In this document: piece by piece, positions 25,863 to 38,566 of the stretch | How the letters are laid out: every line of letters begins with the position of its first letter | Numbering within the stretch: the first letter of the stretch is position 1 | Origin: Octopus vulgaris | Lineage: Eukaryota | Direction of reading: 5' to 3' | Assembly: GCA_951406725.2 (NCBI GenBank) | Contig: OX597821.1 | Location: 91,326,001-91,390,000, forward strand | DNA length: 64,000 bases | Translations under genes and position numbers: made by a program | The notes under the pieces: generated by a model | What the model was told of the DNA's origin: nothing | Database searches by the model: none | Seen by the model: the letters and a program-made list of their open reading frames with translations, nothing else

Positions 25863-26213
25863 GGCGTAGGATTGGCCGTGTGGTAAGTAGCTTGCTTACC
25901 AACCACATTTTTCCGGGTTCTTTCCCACTGCGTGGCACCTCGGGCAAGTGTCTTCTACTATAGCCTCGGGCCGACCAAAGCCTTGTGAGTGGATTTGGTA
26001 GACAGAAACTGAAAGAAGCCCGTCGTATATGTATATATATGTATGTGTGTGTATATGTTTGTCCCCCAACCGATGCTGGTGTATTTACGTCCCCGTAACT
26101 TAGCGGTTCGGCAAAAGAGACCGATAGAATAAGTACTAGGCTTACAAAGAATCCTGGGGTCGATTTGTTTGACTAAAGGCGTCAAATGATTGAAACAAGT
26201 AAGAGAGTAAAAA
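25863..26213 (+). mobile_element. SINE family A with internal deletions
   Basis: Homology to the family. Confidence 0.9.
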
Positions 26214-26220
26214 GTGTATA

Positions 26221-27435
26221 CTAGGTTGTTTCACATGAAATGTTGTATTTGAAAGGTAACAATAAAATGTTTCAGAAGTGTTAGAGAACTGATTTATCTA
26301 ATTTATGACCTTTACTCAACGTTTCTCTATGTCATATATTCCATCTTTAAAAAATAAATTCATCTTTTGCTGCTATAAACTGTCTGAATGCTTCAATTAC
26401 CTCTTCTCTATTTAAGAATGTTTTATTGCTTATGAAAAGCTTAAGATGTTTAAATAATTAATGATCAGTAGGAGAGATATCAGGGGAAAAGGGAGGATGT
26501 TGCAAAATCTCATAATTCAGGCTTTGCAACATTTGGACCGTAGCTTGAGGAGTATGAGGACGTGCATTGTCGTGGAGCAAAATTGGGCCACTCTATTCAC
26601 TAGTGTGGGTTGCTTCTTTTTCAAATTCTCAAGCATACGATCAATTTCCTGGCAATACGATGTTACTGTTACCGTTTTCCTTGTTGCAAAAATGAATAAT
26701 AAATAACTCCTTTCGCAGACCACCACACAGTGACCACTAACTTTTTAGGGTGCAAAGGTGGGTTTGGGTAGTGTTTAGGTGACTCTCCTGCATCTAATCA
26801 CTGTCCCGTTCTCCTGCTGTTGTCAAAGAGTATCCATTTCCCATCAAAAGTAATGATTTGGTGTAGAAATGGTCTTTTTCCTGTCGAGAAAGCAATAAGG
26901 AGCACACTTCGAGGCGTCTGTCTTTTTGAATCTCATTCAGTTGATGTGGAACAAACCTATCTATTTTCTTGACTTTTCCAATTTTTTACAGGTGTCCAAA
27001 AACAGTTGTGCGAGATGTTTGGAGTTCTGATGAAAGTTTTTGAACCTTTGTTCTTGAATTTTATTCAACCAAAGCATTTAATCCATCATGCCGTATAACT
27101 AATTTTGGCCTACCCCTTGGTTTATTTTCAAGGCTATCATGAATGAGAGCTTTGGAACCATCTCTGAACAGTTCTGATGTCAACAAAACTGTTACCAAAA
27201 GCCTGCTTAATATTCCGAAGAGTTTCTGCGGTAGAGTGACCCAGTTTGTACTCATACGAGAACATGACTCAACATAGTTTGTTTGTTATCATTTTCGTAA
27301 GGTCTGTGGGTACGAATTTTGAATACCAATACTGTTGGGAAAGAAAAAGAGTCAAGATTAAATGCAAGGTATACATAATTGATTTTTTAAATGACTGAAA
27401 TAATAAGTAATTAAAAATGCGACATTTCATTTGAA
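26221..27435 (-). mobile_element. Mariner (Tc1/mariner) transposon, near full length, pseudogenised
   Basis: Minus-strand fragments: SLENKPRGRP, GKVKKIDRFVPHQL (WVPHEL motif), LHPKKLVVTVWW, YCQEIDRMLENLKKKQPTLVNR, a decayed HPPYSPDL region; imperfect TIRs ttcacatgaaatgttgtattt (26230) / aaatgcgacatttcatttgaa (27415). Confidence 0.9.
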
Positions 27436-28218
27436 TATACCAGGAATCTTTATCTACCTTTGGAAACCCTCTTCCCAAATACATAAAAGAGAATTGGAAA
27501 AGATTCCTGGACGACTGTTTCGTCCTCTGGAATGAAAACATAGACAAACTCCTAGAAATCAAAAGACTAATGAACAGCGTCAACCCAAACATACAATTCA
27601 CAATGGAATATAACCAAAAGGAGCTTCCGTTCTTGGATATATTAGTTAAAAAAATAAACCTAAAAACAGAAAACGACATAGGCGCAGGAGTGGCTGTGTG
27701 GTAAGTAGCTTGTTTACCAACCACATGGTTCCGGGTTCAGTCCCACTGTGTGTCACCTTGGGCAAGTGTCTTCTACTATAGCCTCGGGCCGACCAAAGCC
27801 TTGTGAGTGGATTTGGTAGACGGAAACTGAAAGAAGCCCATCATATATATGTATATATATGTGTATGTGTTTGTGTGTCTGTGTTTGTCCCCGTAGCATT
27901 GCTTGACGACCGATGCTGGTGTGTTTATGTCCCCGTTACTTAGCGGTTCGGCAAAAGAGACCGATAGAATAAGTACTGGGCTTACAAAAGAATAAGTCCC
28001 GGGGTCGAGTTACTCGATTAAAGGCGGTGCTCCAGCATGGCCGCAGTCAAATGACTGAAACAAGTAAAAGTAAAAGTAAGTAAAGTATATTTTACAAAAC
28101 CACAGACGCCAAACAATACATACTATTTAATTCATACCACCCAAGGCACACCAAAACAAACATCCCCTTCAGCCTTGTTAGAAGGATATGCACCATAATA
28201 TTAGGAAAAACTTCATAA
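27435..28218 (+). pseudogene. Penelope-like reverse transcriptase fragment (RT5-7 and thumb) interrupted by a SINE
   Basis: Frame is open once 27681-28089 is removed: ...ENWKRFLDDCFVLWNE...NPNIQFTMEYNQKELPFLDILV...NDI|FYKTTDAKQYILFNSYHPRHTKTNIPFSLVRRICTII; not shown in the ORF track. Confidence 0.9.
27681..28085 (+). mobile_element. SINE family A inserted in the Penelope RT
   Basis: Full length; only a short ata duplication at the junctions. Confidence 0.93.
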
Positions 28219-28612
28219 ACCTTCTCGGTAGTTCAATTATTTGCCCCCCAAAAAAAAAAAAAATTACCACCAAAGCAACTTAAACCATCCGAAGGACAGG
28301 TGCATTTGCTAGTATATATACATATATTATGATGTAGTGCATGGTACCATATTTTTCAACTCGAGTCAAATATAACAAACTACTTCAAATGGTAGTTATA
28401 GCATCTGCATAAGTGGAACCTGGACTGGTTAGTTTGTACTGGCATCGAGTCGAATAAGTTGTGATAAAGAAGTCAGTGATATTTTGAAATCATTTAATAT
28501 GTACGTTTCATGTCCGCATAATAAATAACAGGAAATGTACCCATTACGTAAGAACTTTCTCAGTTAAAATAATTCGTTATTACAACTTATATATACATAT
28601 ATATATATATAT

Positions 28613-28790
28613 AAAGTTAATCCAAACAAGAAAAAAAGAGAAAAAAACACAGCAACGCAGGACGTGGAACAATTAAAGTATTATTGACGCTCAGGAAAGA
28701 AGGGAAGGAGGGTTTAACGTTTCGAGCGGAGCTCTTCGTAGGAAACAAGGAGAAGGAAAGATCCCAAGGAGGGAAGACAGAGGAGAAAAT
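28613..28790 (-). mobile_element. Penelope-type terminal repeat (family 2) with mutated hammerhead at 28712-28746
   Basis: Minus: GUUU-ccuacga-a-GAGC-ucc-GCUC-GAAAC-GUU-AAAC; abuts (TA)n; paralog at 29615. Confidence 0.7.
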
Positions 28791-28890
28791 ATTTGAGCTG
28801 GTGGTGCTCAAGAGATCACATGTTGAAAGAACAGAAGTTGAAGGTAGTCGAAACATGGTTTTATAAGGCAAGAGAGTTCCAAAAAAGGAA

Positions 28891-28931
<41 letters not shown>

Positions 28932-29099
28932 AAGATGACAAGTGTGTTTGTGCGTGCGTGCGTGTGTGTGTGTGTGTATTTTTGGTGAATAAAGGCAATG
29001 ACAAAGTCAGCTGTCATAATGACTACTAGCTGTTTGTATCAAGCCAGGTCGTGTGTGTGTGTGTGCGTAAGTGTGTGTGTATGTGTGTGTGTGTGTGTG

Positions 29100-29325
29100 T
29101 CTGTGTGTGTCTTTGTGTTTGCATTGTGCTTGTCCCCCATCACCGCTTGACAACCAGTATTGGTTTGTTTACGTTCCTGAAATCTAGCAATTTGGAAAAA
29201 GAGGCGGATAGAATAAGAACAAGGCTTTTAAAAAACAAGAAACGAAGAACCAAGATCAATTCATTCGACTAAATCCTTTAAAGCAGTCCCCCAGCATGGT
29301 CGCAATGGCTGAAATAAGTAAAAGA
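29100..29325 (+). mobile_element. Diverged SINE A 3' half
   Basis: cgcttgacaacc...gatagaataag...ccccagcatggtcgca. Confidence 0.75.
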
Positions 29326-29402
29326 ACACTATATATATATAAGTACATACACACACACACACATACACACACACACACATACACACACACATACATACAC
29401 AC

Positions 29403-29435
<33 letters not shown>

Positions 29436-29614
29436 ATAAAGATATTTGCAGGAATATATGTATCTTCACACATCATATTGGGGAAGAATTTTCTCCGCAG
29501 ACTGTTTCCACAATGAGCGGTCTTCACACGTCCGAATGCACGTGAACATCTTAAATATATGACTTTACATGAGTCTATTTTATTCAACGCTTATTCGTAT
29601 GACTTTATATATAT

Positions 29615-29810
29615 AGTTAATTCAAACATGAACAAAGAGAAAACACAACAACGCGAGGACGTGGAACAAGTATAGTGTTATTGGACGCTCAGAAAAGGAA
29701 AGAAAGAAGGAGGATTTAACGTTTCGGGCGGAGCTCTTCGTCAGAAATATAGAAAAAAGGAAAAGTCCAAGGAAGGGAAAGCGGAGAAAGAAAATCGCCA
29801 ACGATACACA
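29615..29810 (-). mobile_element. Penelope-type terminal repeat (family 2)
   Basis: Homologous to 28613-28790; abuts (TA)n. Confidence 0.7.
29714..29748 (-). ncRNA. Minimal type-I hammerhead ribozyme motif with intact core
   Basis: Minus: AUUU-CUGACGA-a-GAGC-ucc-GCCC-GAAAC-GUU-AAAU. Confidence 0.75.
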
Positions 29811-29836
29811 CACACATATATGTATTTATGTATATA

Positions 29837-29885
<49 letters not shown>

Positions 29886-30115
29886 CTGTTTTGTTTTAGT
29901 TTTCTTCGCACTGTCTAAACCCACGCAACTGAAAGATATTGCAGGAATCACAAGAAAGAAAACAGTGTTGTTTTATGTGCCGAGATAGCGAGGATTTACA
30001 TTTGACAACTGATGAATTGATCAGACTTGTACATAGCCGTTTGTGCATTTTTTCATTTTCCTGTAAGGTTCCATTTTGTCAGTCTCTTCAAGTTTTCCGA
30101 CAATACTTGTCATTA

Positions 30116-30190
30116 CATCTGTCTACCTACCTACCTACCTACCTACCTACCTACCTACCTACCTACTTACCTACCTACCTATCCATCTAT

Positions 30191-30250
<60 letters not shown>

Positions 30251-30280
30251 ATATATATATCTACCTACCTACCTACCTAC

Positions 30281-30338
<58 letters not shown>

Positions 30339-30385
30339 CTCAATCTATCTACCTATCTATCTATCTAACTATCTATCTAATCTAT
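30116..30385. repeat. (CTAC)n/(CTAT)n microsatellite
   Basis: Direct reading. Confidence 0.95.
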
Positions 30386-31744
30386 TCCTCTCTTACATCT
30401 TATTACTGTCTATCCTTTTCTCCCTCTCTTGTCACCCTCGCTCTATTTTGTTTTTCTCGTCTCTCTCTCTTTTTCTCTCGCCTCAATCTCTCTCCTTCTC
30501 TCCCTCATCTCTACTTCTGTCCACTTTCTCAACTTCAATCACCTTCTTTTCCTTCTTATTAAACCCTACCCTGCTTCCTTCTACTCCTTCCACTTCCTTT
30601 CTCCATTCGATAACCTTATTTTTCGCTTCACCCTTGCAGCTGCGGCATATAGATGTTTTGTTAGTCTCTCCTGACTTCCTTTTTAAGGCCGCAAGGCATT
30701 CCTCTTTCCTTCTACGTATTTACTCACACAATTATCGCACATTTACCGTCTAGTTTGCAAAATCATTTATGTTATCATTTATGTTTCATTTTGTTTTTCT
30801 CTTTCAGTCTTTAATTTATCATTAAATCGTTAAGACTAAATGTTTAATATTGTCTTGTTCATTCATTGTATCTTTTCTATCCTTTGCACAACTTGCCTTC
30901 AAATTATCGTTTCTGGCGAATATCATAAATTGTCTGGCCGCTTCGTTTTCTGTTTTTGCGTTGCCCAAACCATATACTTATTTACGTGTCTTTCGTTAAA
31001 TAAATAACTTGCGTGAGTGTCTATATCCAGGCTGCTCAAATATGTTGCAGACAAAGCTAGAATGAACAATATCGTTTTAGGTGATGAAATTGTGAGGATT
31101 TTCAGTTGACAACTGATGAAGGGCTCTGTTTTCGATTTGCGTGTTAATTTCTCGTCGGTTTGTTTATGTTATGTCCAACACAATGTAAATCAGAACTAAA
31201 ATAATTCAAACATTCCAAAGCCTCATTCTTGATTAAATAAAAATGTAAAACATTTTTCCTAACCTATTGGCGTATGGGACACACACACACACACACACAT
31301 ACACACACAGATGTACAGATGTGTGTGTGTATGTGTATGTGTGTGTGTGCGACTATGTACGCGTTTAGAATGGGGCCTCTGCAAAATGCTTGAAATATCA
31401 GTGAAATTTCCAAAACAAAACATTTATCCGTCTATGTAATCAATATTACACAAACAGGCATGAAGGTCACAGCTTCAACACTATCATATGTTTGCTTGGT
31501 TGTGGATTAGTGGCACTAATCAACAACAAACGAAGACTATGAAATTAAACGATTTGCTGACAACAGCAGCCAATTCAAAATCGAAGCTTTCTCAGTTACC
31601 ATTAGAAAGAAAGAATAGATTAAAGGATGTAGTCCCTGATAATCAAATAAACAGATGGTCAAGGCTGGGGGGCTTTCATTTCATGTCAAGAAACAACAAC
31701 TACATATATTTCCAATCAATAACTAATTAACTAATCCTCTGCAT

Positions 31745-32000
31745 CAATGGTTCTCAATGATTTTTTTTATCTATGGACCCCTTTGATTCCTATTTAATTC
31801 TGATAGTTCCCTATAGCCATTCCATGTTTTAAAAAATCCTATTATATTTTTGAATTAAATATTATAAGGAATTCTATAAAAACTTGTTAATAATATTTTG
31901 TGCATTGTAGAAGTATAAACAATTTATTGCACATAAATTCTAGCTATAAATTCTTATGTGAACCCCCAAATGTCATGTGGACCCCAATTGAGAACCAATG
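31745..32000. mobile_element. hAT (Charlie/MER5-like) MITE
   Basis: TIRs caatggttctcaa / ttgagaaccaatg; decayed 8-bp TSD ctctgcat / ttctacct. Confidence 0.75.
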
Positions 32001-32087
32001 TTCTACCTCATTGCTTCTCAACTCATCCTCAATTTATACTCCCTTGGTTATGATATGTTTTACAATATACTCCTTACTTTGGCCCCA

Positions 32088-32656
32088 TCTCTTATATAAA
32101 ATCCGTTCTGTCTGTGTGTCTGTGTGTGTGTGTGTCTTCTAGGATCTCGGGCATCCTCCATCCGATTGCGCTCAAATTTGATATGTAGATACCGAAGGTA
32201 TCAGGGCGTGTATAAGTCTTGAAAATATTACAAAAATCGATTCCAGGTGAGAATGCGATCCATAAAGCCGTTTTTGTCCTGCTTTTCTTCCGTCAACCTG
32301 TACATAACTGCACCTTCCATTTTTTGTTGTTTTTGTACTGCTTAAAGGCACATTTCTTTCCTGCCAAGCTTACTGTTTAAACCATGTTTGTGTTCTCCCA
32401 GTCAACAGCCTTATCATTACTGGTACTTTAAACATTTCGGTTGCATATTTGTGTAAATAAAATCGTTTTTCTTTGGAATAGGAAAAAAGTCTATCTTTAT
32501 TTCTTTTTTGTTTGCTGGTGTCTCAAATTTAGGTTAAATCAGTGTTTCTGAAAGGGGAGGTCTATGGGACGGTCGGGCAAGTTGTTTTGAGAAAATTTGG
32601 TTTAAATGTTTGACAACTCAGCACCGTCGATTGGACGGGGTGGGTCGTTTTGCTCG
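32088..32656 (+). mobile_element. Non-autonomous Helitron-like element (long form)
   Basis: Same termini as 24966-25275 plus about 260 bp of extra interior. Confidence 0.72.
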
Positions 32657-32669
32657 TACACTAATATTT

Positions 32670-32990
32670 TAGAAAGCTCAAATTACATGGCTTAATATTC
32701 CACACTGGAATATTGCTCCTACATCAGGAACTGCTGCTGCTGCAACTACACAGACATTCTGGACATACTGCTGCCAAATAGAAACCCCAGTCCTCTCATC
32801 TCTTCTTTGTCATCACTCTTGTTGTGTCCAAATCACTCAGCCTTGCACTCACCTCTGTTACCTTCTTCCTAGAATATTGGCCTTTTGAAATTTCTCCCTA
32901 CAGCTGTTAAGTAAAACATTAATGGAATCAAACTCACTAATCTTGAGTGGGTTCTGCAAAGATCATGAGCCATACTTCTTCCTCCAGGCT
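32670..32990 (+). mobile_element. Decayed L2/CR1-group LINE fragment
   Basis: KAQI...TLEYCSYI resembles the YKAQIRPxLEYCSHIW motif. Confidence 0.55.
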
Positions 32991-33026
32991 CAGCAACTGT
33001 AAGAGAAAAGCTCACTAAAACACACA

Positions 33027-33232
33027 TACGAAGGGGAGCTATAAACTTCCTGGCTTTGGATAAAAGAAAATGCAGAACGATCAATTAATTATGATTTTAT
33101 TGAACATATTCTCTTCTCAGATTCACATATATTGCAGCAGTCCTTCAGTTGTCCTAAGCCCTGTAAAAGAACTCGGAAGTTTGGGCCACTTGCAATACCC
33201 TTACAGTCAGGAACATTTCAGCACTCCGTTAT
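33027..33232. mobile_element. Mariner-type MITE, uninterrupted copy
   Basis: Colinear with 16415-16480 plus 16895-17052; TA-flanked imperfect TIRs. Confidence 0.8.
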
Positions 33233-33719
33233 AAGCAATTACTGTGTGCATAAACGTTTATTATGCAGCCAGAGTCAACTGAGAATTTCAGATGAGCATT
33301 GAAATGTGGAATGTACAAGGGTATTAGAGCACTGGATAGAATACCTTGTAGCATTTGCTCCTGATTTTCATGCTCTGAGTTCAAATCCCGCTTGCGGCAA
33401 CTTTATATTTCATACCTTCAGATATTTTTGATAAGTATTTGTCAATAACTGTGTCCTTACACATTCTCGCATTCTCTCCCTCTCTCTCTCTCTTTCTCTC
33501 TCTCTATTTATCTCTTTCTCTATCTATCTCTTTCTCTCTTCTATTCTTTTTGCTTGTTACCTGGTATGTTAAAAGGGCAAAAAAAGGGAAATATTTACAT
33601 CATGGCCTCACCAGTCTTTTCATCAGAAGCCTGTGAACTCCGTATGAAAAACTACAAAAATCCACATTTTTAACATAGCATGTTAGCAATAGCATACACC
33701 CCGTCCTCCCATACACACA

Positions 33720-33792
33720 TCATATATATATAATATATACTGTATATAAATATTTATATATGTATATATGTATATTATCTGTATATTATCTG

Positions 33793-33837
<45 letters not shown>

Positions 33838-33899
33838 ATCTATATCTAAGTTTCATGTTCCCATCTGTCAGACAATTTTATATATACATACACATATTC

Positions 33900-33939
<40 letters not shown>

Positions 33940-34016
33940 AATATATATATCTTTATATATTATATATCATATATATACTATATATACATATTTAAATATA
34001 TATGTGTATATTATAT

Positions 34017-34090
<74 letters not shown>

Positions 34091-34204
34091 GTGTGTGTAC
34101 ATCTGTATATATATGTGCATATGTATATATAGATCATCATCATCATCATCATCATCTGTATATATGTATATATATATGTATGTGTATATATATATGTATA
34201 TGTA

Positions 34205-34281
<77 letters not shown>

Positions 34282-34345
34282 GTATATATATATATGTATA
34301 TGCGTATATATATATATGTATGTATATATATAGAGAGAGAGATAA
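33720..34345. repeat. (TA)n/(CTAT)n/(CAT)n microsatellite complex
   Basis: Direct reading. Confidence 0.95.
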
Positions 34346-34889
34346 ATATGTTGTGTGTTTATAAGCCAATAAAAAGGAATACGTTGAATTAATATATAAG
34401 TAGGTAGCAAAGGAAGTGACAAAAACCACAAAACAGAAACAAAAACAGAGAAACAAACAAACAAATGGCATGACTTTCATAGTGAGCCAACGCCTCTGGA
34501 ATTTCTGTTTGAGGTTTACTGAAAGTTCTTTGACTCAGGATTGTTAATTGTCATTGATAAATCTAAACATTTGTGCTAGCAGCTTCCCTTTTCCTCTCCT
34601 AAATGTCTGTACAACAGACAGATGTGATGTAAAGTGATGTGAATTAGCCTGGGCAGAAATGTTAACAGCTAGCACCACACTCAACCGTTTGTGGTTGTAC
34701 GTTGTTATTTTGATTGTGTGTTTTCTATTACTCATGCAATTACACATAAACAGATAGACACGCACACAAACGCAGAAACATATACGCATGCATACACATA
34801 GCAAACAAAATCATATACAGTTACATGTATAATTACCTACATATAATAGCAGATCTAACTGATATATGTACATATATATATATATATAG

Positions 34890-34920
<31 letters not shown>

Positions 34921-35981
34921 TATATATATGTAAGTATATGTATATATATATATATATACGTATGTATGTATGTATACATACACACATATGCCATTTATAT
35001 ACACACATGTATTTTTATATATCTATATATATACATTTATATATGTGCATATACATGTGTGTATATATATAGATATAAATATATATATACATATACATAC
35101 ATACATACATATATATATATATATATTCAATTCGTTTCGTTTCGTTTCATTCTTCCTCTTCTCTAAGCTGGTCTTTATATATATATATATATATATGCAT
35201 ATACATAGATAATTTGAAAACAGAACAAATGAAAATATAAAATAAATGTTAACACTAATTATATTGCAAGGAATTTGAACAGGGTTTATTTTATCAAGGA
35301 ATATCAATCTCCCTGTATGATCTTGGACGGAATTTTTGTTACAAGTCTTCACATAATAAATGTATGTATAAATAATTATGCAAATATATGAATAAAACAA
35401 AATAAAAATACAATAAAAACGTAAATCAATAAAATAAGATACGATAAAATCCAGTAAATAAACAGATAAATATACTCTTTAGGAGTGAGGATCATATCCG
35501 AAATTGTTTTTTAATTGTATTTATATTTATTTTTGCTGCCTTTTATTTTTTTATTTGTACATTTGTCGAGTGAGATTTTTTTTGTTTTGTCTTGTTTTTG
35601 TTTTTGTTTTTGTTTTTTTATTGCTTTGCTTTTACAAGGATAAAAACAAATATTAGTTGCTTCATTTGATGTTTTGAGCGAAGGTTTAATTATGTTTTTG
35701 AAAGTGTTCAAAATGAGTTCCTCCATGAACAAATAGTTTCACGAAGATATTTGGCAATTTCACAAAATATTTAAATATATTAGGTATTTGATGAGCAGGT
35801 GGGAATGTAGGAAAGTGGTGAAGTATGGTGGAGTAAATGATGGGAGGTGTAGCAGAAATGGTAAAGTATGGAATTTACATATCTAGCAATATTTCAATTT
35901 TAGATCTCCCTTTGCTGAGTTCAAATCCCATCTTAGTCTAATCTTATTTTTGCTCTTTTATGAATCAGTAAATCAAATACT

Positions 35982-36368
35982 GTGGAAGCACTCCGTCGGT
36001 TACGACGATGAGGGTTCCGGTTGATCCAAATCAATGGAACAGCCTGCTTGTGAAATTAACGTGTAAGTGGCTGAGCACTCCACAGACACGTGCACCCTTA
36101 ACGTAGTTCTCGGGGATATTCAGTGTGACACAGAGAGTGACAAGGCCGGCCCCTTGAAATACAGGCACAACAGAAACAGGAAGTAAGAGTGAGAGAAAGT
36201 TGTGGTGAAAGAGTACAGCAGGGATCACCACCATCCCCTGCCGGAGCCTCGTGGAGCTTTTAGGTGTTTTCGCTCAATAAACACTCATAATGCCCGGTCT
36301 GAGAATCGAAACCGCGATCCTATGACTGCGAGTCCGCTGCCCTAACCACTGGGCCATTGCGCCTCCAC
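35982..36368 (-). mobile_element. SINE family C (tail type 1) inserted in a decayed SINE B
   Basis: 12-bp TSD aaatcaaatact (35970-35981 / 36369-36380). Confidence 0.92.
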
Positions 36369-36679
36369 AAATCAAATACTAATTGTCCACTGAAACAGAT
36401 TCCGTTAGTATCATTCTTTCCACCTTTAGTATATACAAGACACAACAAATATCAGTACCTTCTGTCATCTAACTCGTTTCAGTCATTAGATTGTGGCCAT
36501 GCTGGGGCACTGCCTTGAAGAATTTTTAGTTGAATGAAAATTGACTCCTGTACTTTGTATTTTTTAAAATTTTTCTTCAAAGCCTGGTGCTTATTTTCTC
36601 AGTCTCTTTTGCTAAACCACTAAGTTGCAGGAATGCAAACACATGAACACCAGTTGTCAACCAGTGATAGGGGTACAAA

Positions 36680-36718
<39 letters not shown>

Positions 36719-36744
36719 ACACACACACATGCACATAAGTTAGT

Positions 36745-36912
36745 GCAAAACAATGTGGAGAAAATAGTACTCAAATACCAAGGTTAGAGTAATATGCTTT
36801 ATTATAAAAGCTGCAAAATATTCACAGAATATTCATCAAAACTGTTTAATAAATGGGAACGTGCAACTCTGAGTAACAGTTCAGTGAATCTTTTGCCTTT
36901 TTTATAATAAAG
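36745..36912. mobile_element. Old Penelope-type family 1 terminal repeat with decayed fold-back
   Basis: aatagtactcaaataccaaggttagagtaatatgctttatt matches 61670-61715; inverted end ttttataataaag; decayed hammerhead actgt-ttaataa-atgggaacgt-gcaactctgagta-acagt at 36841-36881. Confidence 0.6.
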
Positions 36913-36958
36913 TGTGTGTATGTATATATCTATATATCTATCTACCTATCTATCTATA

Positions 36959-37387
36959 CTCTTACTCTTTTACTCTTTTACTTGTTTCAGTCATTTGACT
37001 GTGGCCATGCTGGAGCACCGCCTTTAGTCGAGTAAATCGACCCTGGGACTTATTCTTTGTAAGCCCAGTACTTATTCCATCGGTCTCTTTTGCCGAACTG
37101 CTAAGTGACGGGGACGTAAACACACCAGCATCGGTTGTCAAGCAATACTAGAGGGACAAACACAGACACACAAACATATACACACACAGACACACACATA
37201 TATATATATATATATACATATATACGACAGGCTTCTTTCAGTTTCCGTCTACCAAATCCACTCACAAGGCTTTGGTCGGCCCGAGGCTATAGCAGAAGAC
37301 ACTTGCCCAAGTTGCCATGCAGTGGGACTGAACCCGGAACCATGTGGTTGGTTAGCAAGCTACTTACCACACAGCCACTCCTGCGCC
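36959..37387 (-). mobile_element. SINE family A, full length
   Basis: Homology to the family. Confidence 0.92.
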
Positions 37388-37644
37388 TATCTATATATAT
37401 ATATTCTCTTTAAAGTGGTTGGGATCTAGTCGTAAAAAGCAGACAAAAAAGGAGATGCTAATGGGAGATTTCCTTCATCCTGTCTGGGTGAGCAGTAGCC
37501 CTCAAATATGAGCTGACTCAGACCATGGTGATCCATCCAAACCAAACTAGCCTGAGAAAGAAGAAGAAGAAGAAAAAGAAGAAGAAGATACTAAATCCAT
37601 GCATGTTGTAAGATGTGCCACCAAGAAGGGTAACCAGTGGTAAT

Positions 37645-37870
37645 GTGCTGGCAGACTCGTTAGCGAGCCGGGCGAAATGCTTAGCAGTATTTCGTCTGTC
37701 GTTACGTTCTGAGTTCGAATTCCGCCGAGGTCGACTTTACCTTTCATCCTTTCGGGTCGATAAATAAAGTACCAGTTTCTCACTGGGGGGTTGATGTAAT
37801 CGACTTAATCCCTTTGTCTGTCCTTGTTTGTCCCCTCTATATTTAGCCCCTTGTGAGCAATAAAGAAATA
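37645..37870 (+). mobile_element. SINE family B
   Basis: Homology to the family; ends aataaagaaata. Confidence 0.88.
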
Positions 37871-38104
37871 TATATTTCTTCAAAATTTCCTGTCTTACCC
37901 ATATCAATATGGGAAAGCTTACATAAAAAATGGTGACAGATCTTTTCTGAAAATGTATAAGACCAAGTTTCTTTAGAAATGAAATATAAATTGACCTGTT
38001 TTATAACAGATTACTGATTGTCATTTCATAAAACCTCTGAAAGGATTGAAAGGATAAAAGACAAAGCAGAACCCCAGCAAAAACTTGAACTGAGAATTGA
38101 AATC

Positions 38105-38566
38105 GAAATCAAATTTGATGATTGGCATCCATGCTAGTGGAGCGCTAAGAGCCCCATACAAGCATGATCGTTGCCAGAGCAGCTGACTGGCTTCCGTGCC
38201 GGTAGCACGTAAAAAGCACCATTCGAGCATGATCCTTATCAGCGCCGCCTTACTGGCACGTGAAAAAACATTCAAGCGAAGTCGTTGCCAGTGCCGCTGG
38301 ACTGGCTCCTGTGCAGGTGGCATGTAAAAAAACACCATTTGAGCATGGCCATTGCCAGTACCGCCTAATTGGCCCCTGTGCCGGTTGCATGTAAAAGCAC
38401 CCACTACACTCTCGGAGTGGTTGGCATTAGGAAGGGCATCCAGCTGTAGAAACTCTGCTAGATCAGATTGAAGCCTGGTGCAGCCATCTGGTTCACCAGG
38501 CATCAGTCAAATCGTTCAACCCATGCTAGCATGGAAAGTGGACGTTAAACAACGACGATGATGATA
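38105..38566 (+). mobile_element. Non-autonomous retroelement family E (internal ~55-60-bp tandem units, (GAT)n tail; probably RTE-dependent)
   Basis: Repeated gccag...ctggc...gtgccggtggcacgtaaaaagcacc units, then ttaggaagggcatccagctgtagaaac and catggaaag.ggacgttaaa..gatgatg. Confidence 0.8.

Noticed and set aside
29985-31130. Two gacaactgatgaa motifs (near 30004 and 31108) as hammerheads
   Set aside because: Related decayed repeat fragments, but no stem II plus GAAA partner follows either
38170-38400. HDV-like ribozyme in family E tandem units
   Set aside because: Could not assign a P1/P2/P3/P1.1 nested pseudoknot by eye
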